The notes: generated by a model from the sequence alone, not told the origin. Counted from the stretch's first letter, positions 42,268 through 53,461 are shown. The stretch: 64,000 bases of DNA from Methylomonas sp. EFPC3 (GCF_029643245.1 NZ_CP116398.1:3528372-3592371); one strand, 5' to 3'. Numbers and translations: made by a program.

Positions 42268-43230
42268 ATGTCAGAAACTTCTTCGACCCCCTGCAATTTA
42301 TGCGGCAATCACCATGTCAGCGTACTGTCCATGCGTAGCCGAAGCGGCGCCCAATTGCGCACCGTGATCTGCGACCAGTGCGGCTTAGTCTGGAGCGATC
42401 CGTTTCCGCACGATCCGCGCCAGTTTTACGAAGAAGAGTACCGGCTGGACTACAAAAAGACCTACGCGCCGCAAGCCAAACACATATTGCGTGCCGGCCG
42501 AGTGGCGATTGAACGTCACGACAAGATCAAGCATTTGCTACAAAGCCGGAAGACCATGCTCGATGTCGGCACCGGCGGCGGTGAGTTCGCTTACCTGATG
42601 CAGGCCTTGGGCCACGACATTCAAGGTATCGAACCGAATAAAGGCTATGCCGAATACTCCAAAGCCCAGTACCAGTTGAACTTGCAGGTCGGCTTTGTCC
42701 AGGACGGCGACTTTACCGAAGCCAGCTTCGACTTGATCACGATCTGGCATGTACTGGAACACACCGCGGACCCTGGTTCGGTACTCGGCTTTTTGCGCAA
42801 GCTGCTGAAACCCGACGCGACCTTGGTCGTGGAAGTACCGAATGTCGAAGCGGTGTGCCAATCGCCGGCCAGCAGTTTCCACGAAGCGCATTTGTTCAAC
42901 TTCAATGTGCAGACGCTGCAGAAAATGGGCGAAAAAGCCGGCCTGCACGCGGTCGGCCATTTGCTGTCGGCGGACGGCGGCAATCTGACCATGTTCTTCC
43001 AGCCTGCCGCCGCCGCTGCCGCAACGGATTGGCGATTGCCGGGCAATGCCGAGCGGATCAGTGCCGTCGTCAAAGGCCATACCAATTTGCGCCATTACAT
43101 GCGGGCGGCGCCGTATTTGCGATTTGTGAAAAAGTTGCAACGTACCATTGCCGAGCGCAACTTGAGTCAGCAAGTCGCCGACAGTAAAGCCTTGCTCGAT
43201 CAACTTTATCGCGAGCATCGGCTGCTGTGA
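42268..43230 (+). CDS. Class I SAM-dependent methyltransferase with N-terminal C4 zinc ribbon
   Basis: 320 aa. CNLCGNHH...CDQCGLVW followed by SAM motif I LDVGTGGGEF. Confidence 0.7.
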   Translation: MSETSSTPCNLCGNHHVSVLSMRSRSGAQLRTVICDQCGLVWSDPFPHDPRQFYEEEYRLDYKKTYAPQAKHILRAGRVAIERHDKIKHLLQSRKTMLDVGTGGGEFAYLMQALGHDIQGIEPNKGYAEYSKAQYQLNLQVGFVQDGDFTEASFDLITIWHVLEHTADPGSVLGFLRKLLKPDATLVVEVPNVEAVCQSPASSFHEAHLFNFNVQTLQKMGEKAGLHAVGHLLSADGGNLTMFFQPAAAAAATDWRLPGNAERISAVVKGHTNLRHYMRAAPYLRFVKKLQRTIAERNLSQQVADSKALLDQLYREHRLL

Positions 43231-43304
43231 CAGCCGACCGCGCCAATAGCCACAAACAGGCCTTAACCGGTTAAGGCCTCTCCAGCATCATCGAAGGTTA
43301 CACC

Positions 43305-44894
43305 GTGACGAATCCTGCCGCCGCCAACATCCATTCCGACAAAATCCTGATCCTCGACTTCGGTTCGCAATATACGCAACTGATCGCCCGCCGCATCCGC
43401 GAAATCGGCGTGTACTGCGAAATCTATTCCTGCGACAGCAGCGACGAAGAGGTCAAAAACTTCGGCGCCAAGGGCATCATCCTGTCCGGCGGCCCGGAGA
43501 CCGTGACCAGCAGCGACACTCCGCGCGCACCGCAAGCCGTGTTCGAACTGGGCGTACCGGTGCTGGGTATTTGCTACGGCATGCAGACCATGGCCGAACA
43601 ATTGGGCGGCAAGGTCGAATCGTCCGACCACCGCGAATTCGGTTACGCCCAAATCCGCGCCCGCGGCCACTCGAAACTGCTCAAGGAAATCGAAGACCAG
43701 GTCTCGGCGGAAGGCTTTGGCCTATTGGACGTGTGGATGAGCCACGGCGACCGCGTGGTTGAACTGCCGGCAGGTTTTAAACTAATCGCCAGCTCGGACG
43801 GCGCGCCGATTGCCGGCATCGCCGACGAAGAGCGCAATTTCTACGCGCTGCAATTCCACCCGGAAGTCACCCATACCAAGCAGGGCGGCCGCATCCTCAG
43901 TCGTTTTGTATTGGACATCTGCGGCTGCGCGGCGCTATGGAATTCCAGTAATATCATCGAAGACAGCATCAAAGCGGTGCGGGAAAAAGTCGGCAATGAC
44001 CAAGTTATTCTCGGCTTATCCGGCGGTGTCGATTCCTCGGTAGTCGCCGCGTTGCTGCATCGCGCCATCGGCGAACAACTGACCTGCGTCTTCGTCGATA
44101 CCGGCCTGCTGCGTCTGCACGAAGGCGACCAGGTGATGGCGATGTTCGCTCAGCATATGGGCATCAAAGTGATCCGGGTCGATGCCGAAGCCCGCTATAT
44201 GAGCGCGCTATCCGGCGTCAACGATCCGGAACAAAAACGCAAAATCATCGGCGGCCTGTTCGTGGAAATCTTCGACCAGGAAGCCGGCAAACTGACCGAC
44301 GCCAAATGGCTGGCGCAAGGCACCATCTATCCGGACGTGATCGAGTCGGCCGGCGCCAAGAGCGGCAAGGCGCATTTGATTAAATCGCATCACAACGTCG
44401 GCGGCCTGCCGGAAAACATGACCTTGAAACTGGTCGAACCGCTGCGCGAACTGTTCAAGGACGAAGTGCGCAAACTCGGCTTGGAACTGGGCCTACCCGC
44501 CGACATGATCCACCGCCACCCCTTCCCCGGTCCCGGCCTGGGCGTGCGCATCCTCGGCGAAGTCAAAAAATCCTACGCCGACCTGCTGCGCCGCGCCGAC
44601 GACATCTTCATTGCCGAACTGCGCAATCACGGCCTGTACGACAAAGTCAGCCAAGCCTTCGCGGTCTTTCTGCCGGTCAAATCGGTCGGCGTGATGGGCG
44701 ACGGCCGCAAATACGACTACGTCGTCGCCCTGCGTGCCGTGGAAACCATCGACTTCATGACCGCCCGCTGGGCGCATCTGCCGTACGACTTCCTGGACTT
44801 GGTTTCCCGTCGCATCATCAACGAAGTGCCGGGGATTTCGCGGGTGACTTACGATATTTCGGGTAAGCCGCCGGCGACGATTGAGTGGGAGTAG
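43305..44894 (+). CDS. guaA: GMP synthase (glutamine-hydrolysing)
   Basis: 529 aa. GATase catalytic Cys (GICYGMQ) and PP-loop SGGVDSSV. Confidence 0.95.
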   Translation: MTNPAAANIHSDKILILDFGSQYTQLIARRIREIGVYCEIYSCDSSDEEVKNFGAKGIILSGGPETVTSSDTPRAPQAVFELGVPVLGICYGMQTMAEQLGGKVESSDHREFGYAQIRARGHSKLLKEIEDQVSAEGFGLLDVWMSHGDRVVELPAGFKLIASSDGAPIAGIADEERNFYALQFHPEVTHTKQGGRILSRFVLDICGCAALWNSSNIIEDSIKAVREKVGNDQVILGLSGGVDSSVVAALLHRAIGEQLTCVFVDTGLLRLHEGDQVMAMFAQHMGIKVIRVDAEARYMSALSGVNDPEQKRKIIGGLFVEIFDQEAGKLTDAKWLAQGTIYPDVIESAGAKSGKAHLIKSHHNVGGLPENMTLKLVEPLRELFKDEVRKLGLELGLPADMIHRHPFPGPGLGVRILGEVKKSYADLLRRADDIFIAELRNHGLYDKVSQAFAVFLPVKSVGVMGDGRKYDYVVALRAVETIDFMTARWAHLPYDFLDLVSRRIINEVPGISRVTYDISGKPPATIEWE

Positions 44895-45013
44895 TGGCGT
44901 AATACGGATTCCTTAGCGGCAGCCCGTCCGAAATTGCCGTAACTGCAGCGGCCGTTGCCGTTTGTCCGAATCTCGGGTAAAACCCTCTGCGATTTCGACG
45001 GGAGCGGTTAGGC

Positions 45014-47398
45014 ATGGCTAAAGCTAAAAAAATCTGGGTCAATTTGGCCAGTGCAGGGGCGGCATTGTTGTTGGGGATTAGCGGCCTGGGCTACGCCTGG
45101 TTGCATAGTTCGTTGCCGGCGCTGGATGGGGAGCGCCGCTTGCCGCAGTTGGCGGCGCCGGCGGCGGTCGCAACCGACCTGCACGGTATTCCTTCGATTC
45201 ATGCCGCTAGTCGGACCGACGCGGTGCGGGTGCTGGGTTATGTCACCGCCCGCGACCGTTTGTTTCAAATGGATTTGATGCGGCGTAAGAATGCCGGTCG
45301 TTTGGCCGAAGTCTTCGGCGACAAGGCCTTCGACAGCGACAAGCAGGCCCGGATTTACGGTTTTAAGCTCCGCGCCGGCCGTGTTTTTGCGGCATTGCCG
45401 GTCACGCACCGCGAGTATTTGCAAGCTTACGCCGACGGGGTCAACAGCTATCTGATGCAAGCCAGGGTGTTACCGTTCGAGTTCGGCGCCCTCGGTTACA
45501 GTCCGGAACTCTGGCAGGCCGAGGATTGCTTGCTGATGATGTTCGGCATGTTCGAAACGCTGACCGCGCGCGCCGAGCAGAGCGAGCGGATGTTGAGCGT
45601 GATGCAACGCAGCTTGCCTGCGGCCGCCGTCGCTTTTTTCACGCCGGATACCGACCGCTATACCGATCAACTATTGCAAGCGGGAGCCTCTTTGCGGCCA
45701 TCGCAGCCGGTGCCCGCCGCAATCTTGCAGCCGCTGTTGGCGCAGACTGGAAGCGTTGGGCCGCAATTGGCCGACGCCGCTGCCGGCGAAAGCCTGGCCG
45801 GCTCCAATGCCTGGGCGGTCAGCGGCCGCAAAACCGCGGATGGTCGGGCAATTTTGGCCAATGACATGCATTTGAGCATCAACGTCCCCAATATCTGGTA
45901 CCGGATCGAGCTGGCGTATCCGGGCGTGGAAGCGGTCGGCGTCAACTTGCCCGGTACGCCGTTTCTGATCGCCGGCAGCAACCGCTATTTGGCCTGGGGG
46001 GTGACCAATCTCGGCGGCGATTTTCTGGATTTGGTCCAACTCGAAACCGATCCGGAGCATGCCGGACAGTACCGCGACGGCGACGGCTGGCGCGCTTTCG
46101 AGCAACGCCGGGAGACGATTCGAATCAAAGGCGGCGGCGAACGCGAATTGGTGGTCCGCGAAACCCGCTGGGGCCCGGTCGCGGACAAGCCTTTGCTGGG
46201 CCGGCCGGTCGCGATTCGCTGGGCGGCGCTGGACACGGAAGCGGTCAATACCGAATGGCTGGAATTGGAGCAGAGCCAAAACCTCGAGCAGGCCTTGGCC
46301 ATCGCCAACCGCGCCGGTGTGCCGCAGCTGAACGTGCTGTTTGCCGATAACAGCGGCCGGATCGCCTGGACTTTGACCGGCAAAATTCCGTTGCGCTTCG
46401 GCGGCGACGGTTCGGTCAGTACCTCCTGGGCCGACGGCAATACCGGTTGGAGCGGCTATTTGCCGCCGGAACGGATGCCGCGCAACCTGGACCCGACGCA
46501 GGGCTTTCTGGCCTCGGCCAACGAGCGCCGGTTCGGTGCCGACTATCCTGTCGTGATCGGCCATCAGTTCGCCAACGGTTACCGGGCGTTCCGGATTTCG
46601 CAAAAACTGCGGCAGACGGCATTGCATGACGAATGGTCGCTGTTCAATCTGCAATTGGATACCGAATCCGAGTTTTTCGGTTACTACCGGCAACTGGCCT
46701 TGCACGCGCTTAATGGTATCGATCCGGCCGCGCAAGCCGAAACGGCGGCGATTCGCGCTTATTTGCTGGCCTGGAACGGCCGTGCCGATGCCGACAGTTT
46801 GGGGTTGCCGTTATTGGTCGAGTTTCGCAAACAACTGATCGAAGCGGTAATTCCGCCGTTTCTGGCCGCTTGCAAACAAGCCGATCCCGAGTTCAGCTAC
46901 GCCTGGAATTACGTCGATACGCCGCTGCAGGCCTTGCTGAGCGCTGCCGATCCGGCCCTGTTGCCGGACGCCGCTCGGTATCGGGATTGGGATGACTTTG
47001 TCGCAGCCCAACTGCAAGCCGCTGCCGGCAAATTGTTGGCGCGCAATCCCGGCAAAAAATTGGCCGATCTGACCTGGGGTTCGCAGAACAGGGCCGCGTA
47101 TGCGCATCCGTTCAGTAAGGCGATGCCGTTTCTGGCGGCGTTTTTGAACATGCCGGAGCAGACGCTGGCCGGTTGCACCGGATATTGCGTCCGGGTGGCC
47201 GGCGCCAATTTTGCCGCCAGCGAGCGCTTGGTGGTCTCGCCGGGGCATTGGCAAGACGGCATTCTGCATATGCCAGGCGGCCAGTCCGGTCATCCGCTGT
47301 CCGAGTTTTATATGGACCAGCAGCCGTATTGGTTACAGGGGGTGCCCTTGGCATTGCAAGCGGGCGATGCCGAATACCGGTGGACGCTGAAACCGTAA
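45014..47398 (+). CDS. Penicillin amidase / acyl-homoserine-lactone acylase family Ntn-hydrolase (S45)
   Basis: 794 aa. Signal/TM N-terminus. GSNAWAVSG block contains the beta-subunit N-terminal Ser nucleophile. Confidence 0.8.
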   Translation: MAKAKKIWVNLASAGAALLLGISGLGYAWLHSSLPALDGERRLPQLAAPAAVATDLHGIPSIHAASRTDAVRVLGYVTARDRLFQMDLMRRKNAGRLAEVFGDKAFDSDKQARIYGFKLRAGRVFAALPVTHREYLQAYADGVNSYLMQARVLPFEFGALGYSPELWQAEDCLLMMFGMFETLTARAEQSERMLSVMQRSLPAAAVAFFTPDTDRYTDQLLQAGASLRPSQPVPAAILQPLLAQTGSVGPQLADAAAGESLAGSNAWAVSGRKTADGRAILANDMHLSINVPNIWYRIELAYPGVEAVGVNLPGTPFLIAGSNRYLAWGVTNLGGDFLDLVQLETDPEHAGQYRDGDGWRAFEQRRETIRIKGGGERELVVRETRWGPVADKPLLGRPVAIRWAALDTEAVNTEWLELEQSQNLEQALAIANRAGVPQLNVLFADNSGRIAWTLTGKIPLRFGGDGSVSTSWADGNTGWSGYLPPERMPRNLDPTQGFLASANERRFGADYPVVIGHQFANGYRAFRISQKLRQTALHDEWSLFNLQLDTESEFFGYYRQLALHALNGIDPAAQAETAAIRAYLLAWNGRADADSLGLPLLVEFRKQLIEAVIPPFLAACKQADPEFSYAWNYVDTPLQALLSAADPALLPDAARYRDWDDFVAAQLQAAAGKLLARNPGKKLADLTWGSQNRAAYAHPFSKAMPFLAAFLNMPEQTLAGCTGYCVRVAGANFAASERLVVSPGHWQDGILHMPGGQSGHPLSEFYMDQQPYWLQGVPLALQAGDAEYRWTLKP

Positions 47399-47659
47399 GC
47401 GTTGTATTCCTTCCGGCAGGCGGCTTCGATCGTCGGCCCATTGCTAATGCCGGCGAGCTAAACCCTGGGGCCAATCCCACAAACGCCGATGCCTCGCTAT
47501 ACTTCCGGTCGGCTGACCGTGTCCGTTTTGTGAGGGATACGGGTATTTTCGATTGTCGGTTTAGAGCCAGCGTTTTTTTACGGTACTCTGAAGCCGTTTG
47601 GCTGCCTTAACCGGCTTTCTTTTAACACTACTGTTACTTCCCGAGAAATATTCGTACCT

Positions 47660-48136
47660 ATGTTCAACCGCAAACTCCAACGATCCGGCTTTACCTTGAT
47701 AGAGGCACTGATTGCCACCGCGATCGTCGGCATCCTGACGGCGATTGCCGTTCCGGCTTATAACGGCTATATCGACCGGACCCGAAATTCGTTGGCGATC
47801 AGCGAGATCATGGCCATCCAGACCGAGATTGAGCGCTATTACACCCGCGAATTCCGCTATCCGGACTCGCTGGCAGCTTTAGGCGCCGCCTTGCCCAGCG
47901 GCGGCATCGATCCCTGGGGCAACGCCTATGTTTATCTGAATATCGCCAACGGCGATCCGGGCGTGAAAGGCGATGTCCGCAAAGACCACGCCTTGAATCC
48001 GATCAATACCAACTACGATTTGTACAGCATGGGCAAAGACGGTGTGACCAAAAAACAAATCAGCCAGAAAGACAGTCTGGACGACATCATTATTGCCCGC
48101 GACGGCGCATTTGTCGGTTTGGCGGCCGATTTTTGA
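47660..48136 (+). CDS. GspG-like type II secretion major pseudopilin / type IV pilin-like protein
   Basis: 158 aa. Prepilin signal GFTLIEALIATAIVGILTAIAVP. GspG hallmark DPWGNAY and DLYSMGKDG. Confidence 0.65.
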   Translation: MFNRKLQRSGFTLIEALIATAIVGILTAIAVPAYNGYIDRTRNSLAISEIMAIQTEIERYYTREFRYPDSLAALGAALPSGGIDPWGNAYVYLNIANGDPGVKGDVRKDHALNPINTNYDLYSMGKDGVTKKQISQKDSLDDIIIARDGAFVGLAADF

Positions 48137-48146
48137 GTTAGCGGCG

Positions 48147-51023
48147 ATGAACTGGACGCTGCCGATTTTCAATAGCAAGGTGGCGCGGCGGATTTTACTG
48201 TCGTTCGTCCTGGCGGCGCTGATACCAATCCTGCTGTTGGGCGGACTATCCTACCGCCAGGTCGAAACCCAGCTGCGCGGCCAAACCGGCAAAGCCTTGC
48301 AGCGCAGTTGTAAGGATTACGCTTACGGCCTGATCGGCCGCTTGATCTTTTTGGACAAGTCGCTACGCATGGCCGCCATGCGGCTGGAGCAAGCCGGCGA
48401 TAATGGCGGCGGCGCGGCAATCGGCGAGGAACATCGACAATGGTTACAAGGCCAGTTTGCCGAAGCGGTGTTGCTAGGCCCGAACGGGGCAACGCTTTCC
48501 CCCGCTGCCGACGCCGGCGAGGTTCCGGAACTCGGCGAGCAAGAGCTGAAGTCGGTCGGGGCCGGCAAGACTTTCATCAGAGCGGCCGCGAACCGGAGCG
48601 GCAGCTACAGCTTGTGGATGGCCGTCAATCTGGTCGAGAACCGCCCGGAAGCTGGGATCTTGATGGTGGAATTAAAGCCGGAACAATTGTGGGAAGCGGA
48701 AAACATCGATCCGAACAATCTGTTATGGATCATGGATGCCGCCAGCCGCCAGCTATTGTTCGCATCGGAGCCGGAGTACGGGCTGCCGGCCGACGCCAGA
48801 GACCGGCTGGCACAGCTCAACAGCGACCAATTCGATTGGCAAATCGGTAACGAAACCTATTTGACCGCCTCCTGGAAGTTGCCGGTCGGCAATTTGTTTG
48901 CCGGTTCCGATCTGGTCATCGTCCAAAGCCAGCCGGCTGCGGTGGCCTTCGCCGGCATGCGCCAATTCAGAGAGATTTACCCGCCGGTGACGGCGCTGGC
49001 GTTGCTGGTGGTCATTTATTTAAGTATGCGTATGATCGGCAAGTACCTGACGCCGCTGGCCAGCCTGAAAGCCGCCACACAGGACATTGCCGCGGGCAAT
49101 TTCGACACCAGGGTCCTGATCGATAGCCGGGACGAGTTCGAAACCCTGGCCGATTCGTTCAATGCCATGACCCAACGCTTGCGCGGGCAATTCGATCTGC
49201 TCGAGGCCATGGCCGAAATCGACCGCACCATTCTGTCGGCCTTGAACGCCGGGGACATTATCGAAATCGTATTGAACCGCCTGCCCGGCATTCTCGGCTG
49301 CGAGATGATCGCGATAGCCGATATCGACCCGGTACACTTGGCGCTCGGCAATATCCGCGTCCGTAGCGGCGGTCAAGCGGTCGAGCTGCCGCAAGAGCCT
49401 TTGTTTCTGGAGCAGCAGGATTTTACCGGATTGCTCGAAGCCGGCATCCAGCTCCTGGCGCTCGAACCGAACCGGCCGGCGCCGTCGGCCTATCTGCAAC
49501 GTTTGCGCGGCGAGGGGGCTTGGCAATATCTGATCGTGCCGGTGGCGATCAACGGCGCTCTGGCGGCCTTGCTTTGCTTGGGATACAAGGCGCCGAACAC
49601 TATTTCGGCCGAGGCCAGACAAGCCGCGGCCGATTTTGCCGACCGCATCGCCGTGGCGTTGTCGAATGCGGCCTGGGAAGAAAAGCTTTACCGGCAGGCG
49701 CATTACGATCCTTTGACCGATTTGCCCAATCGACTGGTGTTGCACGACCGACTGCAACAGGAGTTAGATAGAGCCCGGCGCGACGATTCGCAGGTTGCGG
49801 TGTTTTTCCTTGATCTGGACCGGTTCAAGAATATCAACGATTCGCTCGGCCACACGGCCGGCGACGAGCTGTTGGCGCAGGCGGCGCGGATTTTTTTGCA
49901 ATGCGTGCGCAAAACCGATTTGGTCGTCAGGATGGGCGGCGACGAATTTGTGATCGTGCTGTCCGATTTGCATCAGCACGGCAACCCGGCCGGCTTCGTC
50001 ACGACCATCGCCGAGAAAATACTGGCTGCGATACAGCGTACCCTGGTCGTCGCCGGATTGCCGGTCAAGATCGGCACCAGTCTCGGCATCGCCATGTTCC
50101 CCGGCGACGCCGACAATGTCGAAGACTTGCTGAAAAATGCCGACGCCGCAATGTACCACGCCAAAAGCGAGGGCCGCGGCGTGTTCCGGTTTTACTCGCC
50201 GGAACTCAATGCCGCCGCGTTGGAAAATATCAAACTCGAACACGAGTTGCGCGAGGCCGTTTCCCGCCAGGAATTACTGGTTTACTACCAGCCCAAGGTC
50301 GACTGGAACGGCCGCATCGTCGGCGCCGAAGCCTTGATTCGTTGGCAGCATGCCGAATTGGGCATGGTCTCGCCGGCCAAATTCATTCCATTGGCGGAGC
50401 AGACCGGCTTGATTGTCGAAATCAGCGATTGGGTGCTGGAACAGGCCTGCCTGTGGGTCAAATTCTGCCATCAGCAAGGCTTCGAGCCATTGCGGGTTTC
50501 CGTCAACCTTTCCGCTATCGATTTCAAACGGTCCGACCTGGTGGAAAAGGTGGCGGCGGTTTTGCACTCGACCGGCATCGATCCGTGTTGGCTGGAGTTG
50601 GAATTGACCGAGTCGGTCGTGATCGGCGATGTGGCAAGCTGCGTCGCGAGAATGCAGCAATTGAAAGACCTGGGCTTGACTCTGTCGATGGACGATTTCG
50701 GTACTGGCTTTTCGTCTTTGTCTTATCTGAAGCAATTGCCGCTGGACGTGTTGAAAATCGACCAGTCCTTCGTCCGCCAGCTCGATACCGACGACAGCAG
50801 CGAGGCTATCGTCCGGGCGATTTTGGCCCTGGCCGATGGTTTGGGGATGGAGACCATTGCCGAGGGCGTCGAAAACCAGCAACAGGTGGATTTTCTGAAG
50901 CAACAGCACTGCGCCTTGTTTCAAGGCTATCTCTACAGTCGGCCGCTGCCTGCCAACGAGTTTCTGCGTAGTTTGCAAAGTGGCGTCGGGCGCACCGAGC
51001 CGGAACGCACGCTGACCGGCTAG
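48147..51023 (+). CDS. Membrane sensor diguanylate cyclase/phosphodiesterase (periplasmic sensor-HAMP-GAF/PAS-GGDEF-EAL)
   Basis: Two TM helices flank a periplasmic domain of about 270 aa. Intact GGDEF (RMGGDEFVIV) and EAL (EALIRWQH) motifs. Start is 10 nt after the pseudopilin stop. Confidence 0.85.
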   Translation: MNWTLPIFNSKVARRILLSFVLAALIPILLLGGLSYRQVETQLRGQTGKALQRSCKDYAYGLIGRLIFLDKSLRMAAMRLEQAGDNGGGAAIGEEHRQWLQGQFAEAVLLGPNGATLSPAADAGEVPELGEQELKSVGAGKTFIRAAANRSGSYSLWMAVNLVENRPEAGILMVELKPEQLWEAENIDPNNLLWIMDAASRQLLFASEPEYGLPADARDRLAQLNSDQFDWQIGNETYLTASWKLPVGNLFAGSDLVIVQSQPAAVAFAGMRQFREIYPPVTALALLVVIYLSMRMIGKYLTPLASLKAATQDIAAGNFDTRVLIDSRDEFETLADSFNAMTQRLRGQFDLLEAMAEIDRTILSALNAGDIIEIVLNRLPGILGCEMIAIADIDPVHLALGNIRVRSGGQAVELPQEPLFLEQQDFTGLLEAGIQLLALEPNRPAPSAYLQRLRGEGAWQYLIVPVAINGALAALLCLGYKAPNTISAEARQAAADFADRIAVALSNAAWEEKLYRQAHYDPLTDLPNRLVLHDRLQQELDRARRDDSQVAVFFLDLDRFKNINDSLGHTAGDELLAQAARIFLQCVRKTDLVVRMGGDEFVIVLSDLHQHGNPAGFVTTIAEKILAAIQRTLVVAGLPVKIGTSLGIAMFPGDADNVEDLLKNADAAMYHAKSEGRGVFRFYSPELNAAALENIKLEHELREAVSRQELLVYYQPKVDWNGRIVGAEALIRWQHAELGMVSPAKFIPLAEQTGLIVEISDWVLEQACLWVKFCHQQGFEPLRVSVNLSAIDFKRSDLVEKVAAVLHSTGIDPCWLELELTESVVIGDVASCVARMQQLKDLGLTLSMDDFGTGFSSLSYLKQLPLDVLKIDQSFVRQLDTDDSSEAIVRAILALADGLGMETIAEGVENQQQVDFLKQQHCALFQGYLYSRPLPANEFLRSLQSGVGRTEPERTLTG

Positions 51024-51110
51024 GCGTTTACTGCCGCGCTGGCGGTGCACGCAATCTACCGAGTCTATGGCAGAATGCCGATATCGCGATTTTCCCTAGA
51101 GAGTATTTTT

Positions 51111-51617
51111 ATGCCGCTATCCAGACTCCTACCGATTTTATGCAGCCTTATGCTGGCATCTTGCGCCGAGACGCCGGAGCTGCCGCCACCGGTCCCGCCG
51201 ACACAGTTGACCTTGCAAATCAATGCCGGCAAGCAATTGAATCCCGATGCGGCCGGCAAAGCCTCGCCGGTATTGCTGCGGATTTACGAACTGCGCGAAC
51301 AGAGCGGTTTCGCCGCGGCGGATTTCTTTACCTTGTTCGATAAGGAGCAGCTGGCTTTGGGCGGCGACTTGCTGCGCAAGCAGGAATTGCTGATCAAGCC
51401 CGGCGAACAGAAAACGCTGCCGATCGAGCCCGCCGCAGACACGCGCAAGCTCGGCTTCTTCGCGGCTTTCCGCAAACTGGATGACGCGCAATGGCGGGCG
51501 TTGGCGCCGTTGGTCTTGCACCAAAACAACACCGTTACCTTGGAGATAGACCGCAATGTGCTTGGCGCCAAGGCCAGCGCAGTCGAGCCGGCACCGGCGA
51601 CGCCCGCAGAGCCTTGA
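51111..51617 (+). CDS. Lipoprotein with TssJ/SciN-like sequence pattern (orphan)
   Basis: Lipobox LMLASC. Core LRIYELREQSGFAAADFFTLFDKEQLALGGDLL..PGEQKTL..FFAAFRKLDDAQWRAL resembles T6SS TssJ. No other T6SS genes are present in the window. Confidence 0.4.
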   Translation: MPLSRLLPILCSLMLASCAETPELPPPVPPTQLTLQINAGKQLNPDAAGKASPVLLRIYELREQSGFAAADFFTLFDKEQLALGGDLLRKQELLIKPGEQKTLPIEPAADTRKLGFFAAFRKLDDAQWRALAPLVLHQNNTVTLEIDRNVLGAKASAVEPAPATPAEP

Positions 51618-51852
51618 GTTCCCGGCCCGCGCAGTGCGCGGGGAAATCGGCTGAAGCCGGGCGGGCTTGAAGCGAGCGCGCTCCGGCCGACTTTATTAAA
51701 CTATGTTAAGCAATTCATTCCGCTGCGGCATATCGCTTATTTTTTCGGGCCGAATCGGCCGAGAAATTTTCCCAAGATTACTAAGGCCTTGTTCGGACAG
51801 GTGTTGATACCGATCTGGCACGAGTTTTGGTTGCTTCCGGCCATCGCTTCGC

Positions 51853-52368
51853 TTGGCCGGGACCATGAGCACTATTCTTGATATTTCCGATCTGATCAAA
51901 ACCTACGACGACGAATTGCGCCGAGTCATGTTCAGGCGTTGCGGCTGTTTGGACACGGCGGGCGACATCGTCCAGGAAACCTATCAGCGCATGCTGGCCG
52001 GCGACTTGTGGCGCCAGGCGGAGAATCCGCGCGCCTTGCTGCACCGAATCGCCGCCAATCTGGCGACCGATTACGAACGCCGCCGCCAGGTGCGCGAGCA
52101 GTATGCGCATTACGAAGACGGCGCAGAGGCCGATTCCGGCGTCGACAGTACGGCCGATCCGGAACAAATCAACGCCGCCCGCGAACGTTTGCACCGGCTG
52201 ATTTCTGCGGTAGAACGGCTGCCGCCGAAATGCCGCACGGTGTTCGTCATGCGTAAATACGACGGCCTGAGCCATGCCGAGATCGCCGAGCGTTTGGGGA
52301 TCTCGCGCAATATGGTCGAAAAACATCTGCGCAACGCATTGGCGGCATTGCAGGACTGCGACGACTAG
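51853..52368 (+). CDS. ECF sigma factor (FecI-like)
   Basis: 171 aa with sigma-70 regions 2 and 4. Confidence 0.85.
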   Translation: MAGTMSTILDISDLIKTYDDELRRVMFRRCGCLDTAGDIVQETYQRMLAGDLWRQAENPRALLHRIAANLATDYERRRQVREQYAHYEDGAEADSGVDSTADPEQINAARERLHRLISAVERLPPKCRTVFVMRKYDGLSHAEIAERLGISRNMVEKHLRNALAALQDCDD

Positions 52369-52501
52369 CGGCCTTCCTGTTTTTGCGCCATCGCGCGTCC
52401 TATAATGGCAACGCTTCCACCATGATGCCGCCGATGAACATATCCGCTCCCCAACCGCTAGTGCGCGACCGCCTCCTGCAATCCCGGCGCGAGACTGCGC
52501 G

Positions 52502-53461
52502 ATGAAAATCCCGGCATCGGTCAAGGCCGAGGCTCGCGCCTGGTGGGTCAAATTGGACGGCGGTAGTGACGATCCCTCGCTGTTGGCCGAATTCGAGCGC
52601 TGGCTGGCCGCCGACGCCGCCCACGCGGAAGCCTATCGCCGGTTGCAGCAGTTGTGGAGCGATCTGGCGGAAGTCGAGCCGGGCTTGGTTCCGGTGGCGG
52701 CCGATTTGCCTCTCCAGCCGCCAAAACCGGTTTCGGCGAAAATCCGGCAGCGAGCCTGGTTACCGTTGGCGTTGGCGGCGAGTTTGGCACTGTGGTGGTT
52801 GAGCCCTTTGTCCCTGGGTTTGCGCGCCGACTTTCATACCGGTTTCGGCGAAGTGCGCGATATTGCCCTCAGCGACGGTTCCACCGTGCATTTGAACGGC
52901 AACAGCGCGCTGCTGGTTCAATTCGGCGCCGGCCAGCGCCGATTGACGCTGCTGCGCGGCGAAGCGCTGTTCGAAGTCAGTCCCGACCCGGCCAGAGCGT
53001 TTCAAGTGCAGGCCGGCGACGGCCTGATCACCGCGTTGGGCACCGCATTCAATGTGCGTGTCGACGGCGACAATGTCGAGGTTGGCGTCACCGAGCACAG
53101 TGTCGCCCTCGACGTGCAACGCGGCTCGGGCCGCCAGCACGGCGTGCTGGCGGAGGGCGAGCAGGCGATGTTTAGCCGGGAAGACGGGATAGGCCCGGCG
53201 ATCGCCGTCGACCAGCTGGCCGCCACGGCCTGGCGCCGCGGCAAGCTGGTATTCGAAAACCGGCCGCTCGGCGATGTCGTCGCCGAGTTGAACCGCTACC
53301 ACCGCGGTTTGTTGCTGATCGGCGATGCGGCGCTCGCCGAACGCCGGGTCAGCGGCGTATTTCGTACCGACCAGCCGCTGGCAGTACTGGCCGCACTGGA
53401 ATCTTCTCTACACATTCGTTCCTCCCGCCTCGGCGACTATTTGATTTTGCTACACCGGTAA
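52502..53461 (+). CDS. FecR-family anti-sigma / transmembrane sensor
   Basis: 319 aa. N-terminal cytoplasmic domain, TM helix, and periplasmic FecR domain. Confidence 0.85.
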   Translation: MKIPASVKAEARAWWVKLDGGSDDPSLLAEFERWLAADAAHAEAYRRLQQLWSDLAEVEPGLVPVAADLPLQPPKPVSAKIRQRAWLPLALAASLALWWLSPLSLGLRADFHTGFGEVRDIALSDGSTVHLNGNSALLVQFGAGQRRLTLLRGEALFEVSPDPARAFQVQAGDGLITALGTAFNVRVDGDNVEVGVTEHSVALDVQRGSGRQHGVLAEGEQAMFSREDGIGPAIAVDQLAATAWRRGKLVFENRPLGDVVAELNRYHRGLLLIGDAALAERRVSGVFRTDQPLAVLAALESSLHIRSSRLGDYLILLHR

